From Podarcis cretensis (lineage: Eukaryota): DNA of 64,000 nt. The notes beneath the pieces are model-generated. The model had not been told where the DNA came from, ran no database searches, and was given only the letters and a program-made list of their open reading frames with translations. The position numbers and the translations under genes are program-made. This document shows, piece by piece, positions 15,030-26,835 of this stretch. Positions within the stretch are counted from its first letter, which is position 1. Each line of letters opens with the position of its first letter. The stretch lies in assembly GCA_951804945.1 (NCBI GenBank), contig OX638155.1, positions 47,926,001 to 47,990,000 on the forward strand. Reading direction: 5' to 3'.

Positions 15030-15920
15030 ACACAAGACCTGCATGCCCCGAGAAACCTACCGTTCCAGCTCGTTCGTTGTGCTCCACACCTTGACACACA
15101 CACACGGTGAATCCTAGGAGCTGCTGGCAAAGGTCGTCTTGCGTTTCAAGCTGCCCAGCCACGGAGTCCTCTCCTCCCGCCTCTGTCACCAGGGCATTGT
15201 TGACCTCGCGCGCAGCCCTGCAAGGTCTCCGCTGCTGCTGCTGCTGCTGCCGCCTCAGTCACCTTCTCGTTTTTCTAGTCCGCTCTCCAAATCGGCGCCG
15301 CTATTGCAACTGCACCAACGCCTCTGCAGGGCTTATCGCGAGAGCCAAGCGGGTTCCCCCCACCCCCGGGGGCAGTTTGCAGGCTCGCAGCTCCCGAGCA
15401 GGGAAGGCTTTCAAGAGACGTCCCGGCCCAACAACAACAACAACAACAACAACCAAGGATAGCGGAGATACAAGCAAGCAGGCGCAGCACCAGCTTAATT
15501 AGGACGCCGGCGCTTTCCCTGCACCGGCTGCTGCAAGCAGCAAGCGAAAGAAGAAAGCCCTTGACTCAGAAGCGCTGCGCGTCGGCTTCTGGAGGGCCAA
15601 ATTGGGGCGCCCCCACGCGGTCCCCGCGCCTCCTGGAGTTGGCCAAGTCAGACGCGGGAGTCGGAGAGGGATGGTGGAGGAGAAACGGAGGCCACTCCTC
15701 CGCCCGCCCCGCGCGCACTTCAGGACGATGCAAGGGAAAGGGGAGCCAAGCCTTCGCCGGAGCTGCAAACCCGTTAACCCAAGTACTGACTCTAGTTCCT
15801 GCTGGGTCCTAAAGAGTGGGAAGGGGAGCATGTGTGCAGCAAGCCACACGGAGGCATCCTGCTTGCTGCGAAAATATTTCTCTCTTCCGCAAAGACACGC
15901 ATTACGGTTGAAGCCTAAGT
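15030..15920 (-). promoter_or_regulatory. OSBPL1A: Internal CpG island in OSBPL1A intron 15: putative short-isoform (ORP1S-type) promoter and alternative first exon
   Basis: CpG-dense island in an otherwise CpG-poor intron; GC boxes near 15700; strong minus-strand donor ACG|GTAGGT at 15061/15060. Confidence 0.7.
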
Positions 15921-17242
15921 GCAACTTTGGTCAAGAGGAGGGCTTGCCAAGGAATACTACTGCGGTTCTAATCCCGTTTACCTGAGATTAAGCCCCACTG
16001 AATTCAGGAGGATTTAAAAGTGCAATCCTAACCATGTCTATTCGAATTTTTAAGCAGGGGGACATACTTATTCCTGCATGCGTAAATATGCACAGATTTG
16101 AGTCTTCTGAAGTTCAGGACAGACAGGACAGACAAGAAAGTGTGTCTTGCCCCACCTTTAACCACAACATGCAATTCAAAAGGCAGCGGGGTGGAGGGGG
16201 ATGTTTAATTATTTGTTATATCAACTTGAAGTCAGCCATTTTTGTAGAACTCCTATTCCTCACAGTTCCCTGACAGGCAAAAATCCAACAGTGAAACTTC
16301 TCATTCTTTTACCTTAAGGCCAGAAAATGCTGGACCACTTTAAGTCCTGCCTGTCAGTTAAACTGGTAAAGGTAGCTGCTCCCCACCCCCCAAAAAGCAG
16401 TTATATATGCTGAGGTTTTTAAAAAGAAAAAAATGAAAAGAAATAAGGTCTTCAAAAAGCAGTGTGGAAAACCACAATTCCAATTTATTTTTTTTGTTTG
16501 GTATGGCTGCTGCTGCTGCAGCAAGAAGAAAGACAAACAAAACATACACACTTTTTGAGAATTCCATACAGGTGAGACAACATTTTAATAATTCCCACAT
16601 GGATTATTGGACCACACACAAAACACTCTTGCTACCCCCTCACCCCACCCCCCAAAATACATTGTACTGGCATAGATACTTCCCATACAATCTAGCAGGT
16701 AAAGGACCCTTGAATGGTTATGTTGGAATGGGAATCAAACAATGCCTAAATGATGAAGATTAACCCCAGAATCACCACCCAACAAGACATTATGTGACGG
16801 CTACACCACTGAAGAACAACTAAATGAGCCTAGGCTTGGCCTACAAACAGTGCTATGAAGCCTAGCAGCCCTCCCTTCTAAGCACAATCTTAAACGTATT
16901 TACTTGGAAATAAGTCCCATTTTGTTCAACGGCTCCTATTAAACGAGTTTAAGACTGCAGCCTGAGTGACCTAGCTGTTAAATATCCCTGTAATCTGAAC
17001 CACATTCTCGGGGGGGGGGAATGTAAATGAGTATATCACATTTCGTTCAGAATTTTAATTTTCCATTCATTTTGCGAAACAGAATACAAAATGGTGCTAT
17101 TTAAAGAAACCACCACCACCAACACATTAATAGATTTATTTCACAAGTGGAGTCACATGGAGCACTCAGCAACAAACTTCATAAGCTAGACGTACATTCA
17201 TTCCCCCAAAAAATGTCCTCTGAAGCTATTTTAATAAAAAGA

Positions 17243-17278
<36 letters not shown>

Positions 17279-20200
17279 TTATTATTTGTACCCCGCCCAT
17301 CTGGCTGGGTTTCCCCAGCCACTCTGGGCGGCTTCCAACAAAGATGAAAAATACACTAAAATGTAACATATTAAAAACCTCCCTGAACAGGGCTGCTTTC
17401 AGATGTCTTCTGAATGTCAGGTAGTTGTTTATTGCTTTGACATCTGATGGGAGGGCGTTCCACAGGGCAGGCACCACAACCGAGAAGGCCCTCTGCCTGG
17501 TTCCCTGTAACTTGGCCCCTGTAGCTTTGCTTCTCGCAGTGAGGGAACCGCCAGAAGGCCCTCGGACCTGGACCTCAGTGTCCAGGCAGAACGATGGGGG
17601 AGGAGACGCTCCTTCAGATATACTGGACCGAGGCCGTTTAGGGCTTTAAAGGTCAGCACCAACACTTTGAATTGTGCTCAGAAACGTACTGGGAGCCAAT
17701 GTAGGTCTTTCAAGACCGGTGTTTTATGGTCTCGGGAGCTGCTCCCAGTCACCAGTCTAGCTGCCGCGTTCTGGATTAGTTGTAGTTTCCGAGTCACCTT
17801 CAAAGGTAGCCCCACGTAGAGCGCATTGCAGTAGTCCAAGCGGGAGATAACCAGAGCATGCACCACTCTGGCGAGACAGTCCGCAGGCAGATAGGGTCTC
17901 AGCCTACGTACCAGATGGAGCTGGTAAACAGCTGCCCTCGATACAGATTTGACCTGTGCCTCCATGGGCAGCTGTGAGTCCAAAACGACTCCCAGGCTGC
18001 GCACCTGGTCCTTCAGGGGCACAGTTACCCCATTCAGGACCAGGGAATCCTCCACACCTGCCCGCCTCCTATCCCTCAAAAACAGTACTTCTGTCTTGTC
18101 AGGATTCAACCTCAATCTGTTAGCCGCCATCCATCCTCCAACCACCTCCAGACACTCACACGGGACCTTCACCGCCTTCACTGGTTCTGATTTAAAAGAG
18201 GTAGAGCTGGGTATCATCCGCATACTGATGAACACCCAGCCCAAACCTCCTGATGATCTCTCCCAGTGGCTGCATGTAAATGTTGAAAAGCATGGGGGAG
18301 AGGACAGAACCCTGAGGCACCCCACAAGTGAGAGCCCAGGGGTCTGAACACTCATCCCCCACCACCACTTTCTGAACATGGCCCAGGAGGAAGGAGCGGA
18401 ACCACTGTATGACAGTGCCCCCAGCTCCCAGCCCCTCAAGACGGTCCAGAAGGATGTTATGGTCGATGGTATCAAACGCCGCTGAGAGATCCAGCAGAAC
18501 TAGGAAACAGCTCTCACCTTTGTCCCTAGCCCGCCGGAGATCATCAACCAGTGCGACCAAGGCAGTTTCAGTCCCATGATGAGGCCTGAATCCCGACTGG
18601 AAGGGATCCAAATGGTCCGCTTCTTCCAGGCGTGCCTGGAGTTGTTCAGCAACCACTGCTCAATCACCTTGCCCAAGAATGGAAGATTTGAGACTGGGCG
18701 ATAATTGGCCATCGTGGCCGCATCTAAAGATGGTTTTTAAAGAAGCGGTTTAATAACCGCCTCTTTCAGCGGGTCTGGGAAGGCTCCCTCATGGAGGGAA
18801 GCATTCACCACCCCACGAAGCCTATCGCCCAGTCCTTCCTGGCTAGCTTTTATAAGCTGGGATGGGCAAGGATCCAGGAGACAGGTGGTTGGCTTCACTC
18901 GTCCAAGCAGCCTGTCCACATCCTCGGAGATAACAGATAGGAATTGATCCCACACAACTTGACTAGACAGGACTCTAGCACTCTCCCGCCCTGGCCCTGC
19001 TCCCACGGTGGAGTCTACTTCTTCCCGAATCTGAGAGATTTTATCTGCAAAAAACTTTGCGAAATCATTGCAGGAGATCATGTGGCCCCTACTGGGCCCT
19101 GATGTTACAGGTGGTTCCGCTAAATTGTGAACCACCTGAAAGAGTCTCCTGCTGCTGTTTTCTGCAGATGCAATAGAGGCGGCAAAGAAAGTCTTCTTCG
19201 CTGTCGCTATCGCCACTTGGTAGGCTCGACATTGAGCTCTAACCTGTGTCTGGTCAGATTTGGAATGAGTTATCCGCCACTGGCGCTCTAGCCGTCTCAA
19301 CGATTGTTTCATTGCCCTCAGATCTGTGAAAAACCACGGGGCTGCCCGGGCTCCATGCAATCGGAGAGGGCGCTTCGGAGCCAAACAGTCAATAGCCCTG
19401 GTTAACTCCACATTCCAGTGGGCCACCAGGGAATCGGCTGAAAGGCCATCAACATGGGATAAAGCATCCCCTACCATTCTCTGGAAACCATTTGGATCCA
19501 TTAAGTGGCAGGGGCGGACCATCCGAATCGGTCCCACCTCCCTGCAGAGGGGATGGGCCGCAGAGAAGTCCAGTTGCACCAGAAAGTGATCTGATCATGG
19601 CACTTCTTTCGTTTCGCTTTTACTTAGTGTCAGATCACCAACATCCATAGAGGTAAACACCAGGTCCAAGGCATGTCCGCGGCTATGGGTTGGGCCAGAC
19701 TTATTCAGGGACAGCCCCATGGAGGCCATGCTTTCCACGAAGTCCCAAGCAGCCCCTTGTAAGGTCGTGTTGGCATGGATGTTAAAATCCCCTAGGACAA
19801 CCAAGCTAGGTGTCTCCAGGAGAACATCCGCCACAACCTGAAGCAGCTCGGACAGGGAATCCTTGGTGCAGCGGGGAATCCTGTACTGCCCCTATTGCCC
19901 AACTTCCAGAACATGCACTCGGAAAACTGGGTCTTCCCAATAGGACGCCTGGTGCAAACTAATGACTTCCTAAAAATCACTGCAACCCCCCCTCCCCGCC
20001 CACATGACCTGGGTTGCTGTGCATAAGAGAAACCTGGTGGACAAGCAGCGGCAAGGACAGGCCCATCTGCTTCATCCAACCAAGTCTCTGTTACACATGC
20101 CAGGTCAAGTCCTCCATCCATGATCAAGTCATGGATGGCAGTGGTCTTATGAATCATTGACCTGGCATTACACAGCAGCACCTTCAGGTCATGTGGGTAT

Positions 20201-21398
20201 CCCTTGCTGATTCTAGTATCCATCCGGTCAGGACCAGACCCGGAGGCAGGGATAGTCCTCAGACAACGACTAAACCTGCCTCCTCTGTAATGACATGGTC
20301 TGATCTTAGCGTAACTCCTCCTCCTACCCATGATCACTGAGATCAGTTGTCCCAGTGCATCCCCCCCTGTGGACCATGCCCCAGCCATTTTGTTGGCTGG
20401 GACCTACTCCCCGGCAGCCCTGACCACTCCCCTTAAGAACAAAACAACACCTTAAACAAACAAACAAACAAACAAAACCAATAAAACAATACAAACAAAA
20501 AACCTGTAAAAATTACAAAAACATAAAATCAAACAAATTCCCAGGCCCAATAAACATCCATCCCACCCTCACCCCCCCCACATACAAAAAATTCAAAAGA
20601 AAAATTTTAAAACATTTTAAAAGCACTCTGCACCCCTCCAACAGTAACAGCAAGTGTCCTAGTGAGGCCCGTCAGGCCCTGCCCTGGGCCAGGTGGTAAG
20701 TGGCAGGAAGGAGCAGGGCCCCCAGACACTCACACAGGAGAGTCCTCCTGGGCAGCAGAGCACAGCAGTCCCTGTGAGGCTTCAGGCCCCGCCCTGGGCC
20801 AGGTAGATGGTAAGCGGCAAGAGCAGGGCCCTCAGACACTCACACAAGAGAGTCCTCCTGGGCAGCAGAGCGCAGCAGTCCCTGTGAGGCTTCAGGCCCC
20901 GCCCTGGGCCAGGTAGATGGTAAGCGGCAAGAGCAGGGCCCTCAGACACTCACACAAGAGAGTCCTCCTGGGCAGCAGAGCGCAGCAGTCCCTGTGAGGC
21001 TTCAGGGCCCGCCCTGGGCCAGGTGGTAAGTGGCAGGAAGGAGCAGGGCCCCCAGACACTCACACAGGAGAGTCCTCCTGGGCAGCTGAGCACAGCAGTC
21101 CCTGTGAGGCTTCAGGCCCCGCCCTGGGCCAGGTAGATGGTAAGCGGCAAGAGCAGGGCCCTCAGACACTCACACAAGAGAGTCCTCCTGGGCAGCAGAG
21201 CGCAGCAGTCCCTGTGAGGCTTCAGGCCCCGCCCTGGGCCAGGTGGTAAGTAGCAGGAAGGAGCAGGGCCCTCAGACACTCACACAGGAGAGTCCTCCTG
21301 GGCAGCAGAGCACAGCAGTCCCTGTGAGGCTTCAGGCCCCGCCCTGGGCCAGGTAGGTGGTAAGCGGCAAGAGCAGGGCCCTCAGACACTCACACAGG
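17243..21398 (-). mobile_element. Near full-length L2-clade LINE (APE endonuclease + RT, several frameshifts), (ATT)n tail, tandem-monomer 5' end
   Basis: ORF fragments 20388 to 17678: LCNARS..VTETWLDE, LGDFN (APE), NYRPVSNLPFL, LLDLSAAFDTIDH, GVPQGSVLSP, QYADDTQLY (RT), ISRLDYCN/LHWLPV (L2 C-terminus). (TAA)n on plus at 17243-17285. Confidence 0.93.
20662..21398. repeat. 110-bp tandem repeat, about 6.7 copies (L2 5' end)
   Basis: Unit starts GTGAGGC at 20662, 20774, 20884, 20994, 21104, 21214, 21324. Confidence 0.95.
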
Positions 21399-21815
21399 GA
21401 CAGGTGCCCATCTGATTTCAGTACATTTGTTAATGGGCATAGATGACAGAAACTGGGTTAGGTACAAAGGAACCCTACACATTTTATAACCCAGCACCAT
21501 ACAGTTTTTATTCTGACCCTGATCACAACAGCTATATTTAGTTTTGCACTTTAATATATGCAATGCTAAGGTCTGAACTATGGCATTAATCAGGTTGTTC
21601 GCTTTTGAGTGTGATTTTTACTGCAGAAATGCCAACATGAGGGGGCCTTCTCTGGAGTGGGGTCAATGGGCTTATCCCTTTGGCCCCCTACTGTGGTCCT
21701 GCAGTTTCGCATAGCAGTGGTAGGGAGAAGTTTCCATTGGAGTAAGATTGCCTCTCCCCATGCTGCAGTCCTGATCCAGATAACTATCCCAAGATCACCC
21801 TGGGGATCTACAATA

Positions 21816-22024
21816 CAGCAGTACCTCAGGTTAAGAACTTAATTTGTTCCGGAGGTCCGTTCTTAACTTGAGGTACCACTTTAGCTAATGTGGCCTGCCG
21901 CTGCTGCTGCGCCGCTGCCATGCGATTTCTGTTCTCATCCTGAAGCAAAGTTCTTAACCCAAGATACTATTTCTGGGTTAGTGGAGTCTGTAACCTGAAG
22001 CGTCTGTAACCCGAGGTACTACTG
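21816..22024. mobile_element. Tc1/mariner-pogo-type MITE (family A)
   Basis: TIR CAG(T/C)(G/A)GTACCTC..., TA TSD. Confidence 0.85.
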
Positions 22025-22413
22025 TAAATATTTTCAAGTAGGAAAACAATTCATTTAAGCTTAACAAACAGCAAATGAAGCCTCCACCCTCTCTACAGAT
22101 TTATGCCATCGTTCTTCAAGGCTTAGTGCTCATATCCCACACAGAATAATACTCCTTTTTCAACAACAACAACCACCACCCTGCATTCCCCCATTTTTCA
22201 AAAATTGACTCCACCTTAATTGCTAGAGAAAGGGAAGTTTTTGTTACACATTCTTTTCCTGGAGGGCATTTCAGAACTTTGGAGTTCCAAATCCAGAATA
22301 AGAAACTTTCTTTCCCCAGTCAATGGGGAAAAGAGGCACACAAACACATATATATTTAGTATGGGTAAAATCATCTTGCAACTTGCAGCAAAAGTTAAAC
22401 AGTGGTTAATAAC

Positions 22414-22601
22414 AGGAAGCTGCATTATACCAAATCAGGCCATTGGTCAGCCTAGCTCAGCACTCAGCACTGAGAAGGTAGCAGCTCTCCCAGGTTTCAA
22501 ATGGGGAAAACTCCCAGCCCTATCTGGAGATACTGAAATTTGAACCTGGCACCTTTTGCATACAAACCAGATGCTTTGCCACTAAGCTATGGCCCTGCCC
22601 C
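22414..22601 (-). mobile_element. Old tRNA-derived squamate SINE (Squam3-like)
   Basis: Minus strand GGGCCATAGCTTAGTGGCAAAGCA...GGTTCAAAT head with a CR1-like tail; similar copy at 47671-47836. Confidence 0.6.
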
Positions 22602-23622
22602 TTAATTTTTTTTATACTGCTCAGTATTAATTTAATATATGCTGTGACTATTCGGTGGGAACCTCTGAATATCAGTCTCGTTGAGGAAAGTTTTTGTTTG
22701 GGATGCTTGGCTTTGGAGTGCTGCTTAAGTCTGTTTCTAAGCCAGTACTTCATTGCATTCCGGTTTTATCCCTCACCTTCCTGGCAAAAATCCCATACAC
22801 AGCTATCTCAATGTTCACTTTAAGTAATATACATTACTTAAGAACACAGTCCAAATGAATAATTACTTAGCTGCATTAAGTAATCACAGGTGCATTTTTA
22901 GCCATTATTTGTGAAGTTTAAACTTGCCAAATCCTTCCCTCCTCCAACACTTTTTCCTATCTCAAGTGTAACAGGAGAAGACATATACTCAGATTTTCAC
23001 TATTCAAGACTATTTTTGCAGAGCCTACAATGGCTTCACTGTATGGGCTGCATTGTCATGTAACTGGTGCTGCGAGTCACGGTCAGCTCAAGCTTCCTCA
23101 TTTGCAATACAACTTGCTAAAGGAAAAACAAAGCTGAACTCACATCTACCACCATAAAAACGTTTTAAATTCAGCCATAACTTTATACAGATTAACGGTG
23201 AGCTTTTGCAAGTTTACAATGCCGTATAATACAGCTCAACATTCTATAATGCACCCAATTATCCTTGAAAACAATTTACCTTGAAAACAAATGGCTACAC
23301 TGTAGCTTTATTTGTCTTCCCATGAGCTTAATTAATTTATAATAAGCAGTGGATTTATGTAAGCACATTAGTAATTTAAGCCCTTGTCATGTGATTCAAC
23401 CTAAGGGGTTAAATCTCACTTCTGTTCTGTTGCAGCACACCACCACTCAACCTGTTTTATCCCCAACAAGCATTTCAGGTTCCGAAATATCCTCAAAACA
23501 TTTTGCAACGTATCCACTGTTGAAGTCATAGGATAGTTAATATTTTTCTTTCATTCATGCTGGAGTTTCAAATCCAGAATAAGAAACTTGGACCTCTCAT
23601 GTTATTCAGTCTTACTGTAGTG

Positions 23623-23939
23623 CAGGAGTCGGCAACGTGTGGCCCATGGGCTGGATGCAGCCCACAAAGACCGTTTTACTGGCCCACGAGCCACCCCCGA
23701 ACCGAGCCACCCGCTCGGCGAGTCTGCGCAGGTACTGGAAATCGCATCTGCGCATGTCCAGACACCAAAATTGCTTCTGCACAGGCACAATTTTTGGTGT
23801 CTGGGCATGCGCAGAAGCAATTTCCAGCACCGCGGACATGTGCAGGCACGATTTCCAGCATTGCACTGCGCCAGTCTGGCCCATGGATGATCTCTGTGGG
23901 AGTGATCCGTCCATGGCCGGTAAACCTTGCCGACCCCTA
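23623..23939. mobile_element. hAT non-autonomous element
   Basis: TIR CAGGAGTCGGCAA / TTGCCGACCCCTA, 8-bp TSD CT(G/A)TAGTG, internal GCGCA(T/G)G subterminal repeats. Confidence 0.82.
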
Positions 23940-24630
23940 CTATAGTGGATCACAAAAAAACTCAGTGACAAGCCAGCATAAGGATTGTAAAGAGTACTGT
24001 ACTAAAAGAACCCATACTGCTGGTTTCGGACATAAGCAACAACAGGCACATGGAAAGTCAAAGGAGGATTCCTTTAGCAACACATTAAGGACCAGCACAA
24101 CATGGAACGTATTTGCTGGTCCCAAGTACTTCATCCTCATCTGTATTTGGACTGGAAAGACTTAAGGAAAAGTGGGGGTACGTGGAGGCTAATTTGAAAG
24201 TATGCACAATTTGTGATGTTGCACAGCATCTTTACCAATAATGAGTCATGTCTGCATTAGTTTTGAAACTGCTGGCTTTGTGGAACTTGAACCATCTTGG
24301 GGAGAGCCTTATTTTGGTCTAAAACAGGCAGGATTTTTGACAACTGAATCTAGCTGCAGTGAGAACAAAGCTATCCTGCAGATTATAAACATAGTCTAAC
24401 CCAATGTCAATTCTGTCCCCATTTCCTCTGGTAATACCACTACAGGACCTAACATTAGCCACATCAAGGCTAATGTTCATCTTCCAGTTTAGTTGCCATC
24501 TACTTGCCAGCAATGCCTTCTGCATTCTACACAAGACAAGCAGGTCTATATGAATACAGATCTAACAGAAAAAATGACATTTTAAAAAAAAATCAGTGGG
24601 AGAACACTTCAATCTCCCAGAGTACTCTAC

Positions 24631-24931
24631 TCGTTCTGCCCGGACGCTGAGGTCCAGCGCCGAGGGCCTTCTGGTGGTTCCCTCATTGCGAGAAGCAAAG
24701 CTACAGGGAACCAGGCAGAGGGCCTTCTCGGTAGTGGCGCCTGCCCTGTGGAACGCCCTCCCATCAGATGTCAAAGCGATAAATAACTACCTGACATTCA
24801 GAAGACATCTTAAGGCAGCCCTGTTCAGGGAAGTTTTTAATTTGTGATATTTTAGTGTATTTTTGGTTTTTATGGAAGCCGCCCAGAGTGGCTGGGGAAA
24901 CCCAGCCAGATGGGCAGGGTACAAATAATAA

Positions 24932-24978
<47 letters not shown>
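24631..24978 (+). mobile_element. 5'-truncated L2 3' end, same family as the 17.2-21.4 kb copy
   Basis: Near-identical 3' end ...GGAAACCCAGCCAGATGGGC plus (ATT)n tail. Confidence 0.9.
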
Positions 24979-24981
<3 letters not shown>

Positions 24982-25929
24982 CTGCTGATCTGAAAGTTAG
25001 TTTCTTTCCCCTCCTGAACAAAGCAACATTAAATAGAAAATTCCATCACGAAACTTCTGAATCAATCTTCAATATATTCTATCTGGACTTAAATACAGAC
25101 AAGGGTTTCCTATTCCCCAACATGTTAACAGAGCTAATGTAGGTTGATTGTGATCTCCAGTTACAAAGTACACAATGTGGGTATTACATTCTGGCATGAA
25201 CCCATTGGGTTCAATGGTGGATGGGATTGCCAAAGTCGGTATTCCCAGAACCTGCCCCCTTCCCACCCCCTTTTATTTTAAGCAAATAAATAAATTGCCA
25301 AGTTAAATGTGCACAAGTTGTGGGCTTACGGTTCTGCCATTGTGAATAGTGACTGTGCTGATCTTGCATACATTTAAGCTTTAATTCAGTTGTCTTTTGA
25401 GTTTTCTTTTTTGCATTTCATTGGCATTTGACCCCAGTGCTTACAATTCCACCACCTCCCCTCCCCCACGTATACATATACCTGCCAACCTTCATGCATT
25501 TGAGGAAGCTGACTCATCTATGAAAGCTTACACTATAACCTTAAGGAGCCGCGATCTTTTGTCTTTGCTTCTTCCTGGAAGCAGACTGCACATTCCACCC
25601 AATATTTCTTCCACTTCTAATCTTTCTTTCTTTTTATCAACTTGACCAGTGTTCTAGAGTTCTAATATCAATGTCTCTCTGCTGAAACTGCATTTGTTAT
25701 TTGTGAGAAGACTTCAGATGTTTTCTCAGGCTATGAACTTAAGTGACATTGCATTAAATATTTGAAGTTCTTAAATGTCCAAACCAATAGGGAATATTGC
25801 TCAGCAATCAGAACTCAAGGCTGCAAAGGACAGAAAAGATCCCATCCAAATGATGTTCTTATGTTGTTCTTCTATAGATACTTGCCATTGTTTTGATTCA
25901 CAGAGAGTATGTCATATAGAAATACTTAC

Positions 25930-26036
25930 CCCTTCTTGCTTAGTGAAGAGTTTGAGACAATTGCTCAGCGCTTCACAAGTTTCTCTTGATGTTTCAGAAA
26001 CCCCTTCAGCTTTCTTGAGAAATGAAGTAGGCATTC
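25930..26036 (-). CDS. OSBPL1A: OSBPL1A exon 15 (GMPTSFLKKAEGVSETSRETCEALSNCLKLFTKQEG)
   Basis: AG/GTAAGT, 107 nt. Confidence 0.94.
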
Positions 26037-26429
26037 CTTTAGAAGAAGGGCAGGTAATATATGTGTTACTGTTTTATTCCACCCCACCTTTTGTTGTTGT
26101 TTTAGCTCGTGTAACCAACAAAGTTTATTATTAAAACAGTCTCACAGAAGCATGACCCGGAACTTTCATCCATCAGCCATTCTTATATAGGATACACTTG
26201 ATATCTTTGACTTGAGAAAAAGGAATGTCTAATTAAAGAACATTTAATTACTTTCTGCTGTAATAAAACCCACAGGTCTTAGCTAGGAGGAAGTACAATT
26301 TACTATGAAATTTATGATCACAAGACAGGAGGACAAACCAAGACAGTGCTTTTGATGGTCCACTGCTATTGGACAAGCCCATGGGAATATCTGAACAGTA
26401 ACATTTCCTTCATACCAACTGAATGGCAC

Positions 26430-26835
26430 TGTGATGGGATAATGAGCTGCTTGTGCGTAAAAGCTTGATCCCTCAGAGATTACTCAGTGTAGTAAATCTC
26501 TGCCTTGAGCGGAGCCCTTTGGCATGGCTCCGTCAGTCGCTGGTAGAATCTGACAGTGGGCGTCTACGGAAGCGTTTCCAACATAAAAGCTGTTTAACGG
26601 AAACGCGTCTCCTGGATTCTCTATGTGACAGTTTCCGGCGAGGGATGGGGGTCCCTAAAGGGGGTCCTGCTACCTCCTCACTGTTCTCACTGGAAGTATC
26701 CCAGAGCCTCCCCTCCGATTCCCTTTCCCTTGGAGCTCCTGCTCCCCCCCACTGGTTCCCTCTTCTGCTGCAGTGTCTCTGGTATTTTCCGGGAGCCTTT
26801 CCACCACCTGTTCTTCCGATGGCAGTTCCCTGACA
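26430..26835. mobile_element. Solo LTR (Gypsy or ERV type)
   Basis: TGT...ACA termini, 406 bp, perfect 5-bp TSD GGCAC, GC-rich relative to flanks. Confidence 0.8.

Noticed and set aside
20662-21398. Repeat array as CRISPR-like or coding repeat
   Set aside because: Contiguous 110-bp tandem units with no unique spacers, in a eukaryotic LINE context.
23557-24165. 202-aa ORF and antisense ORFs
   Set aside because: Run through a non-autonomous hAT element; no protein signature.
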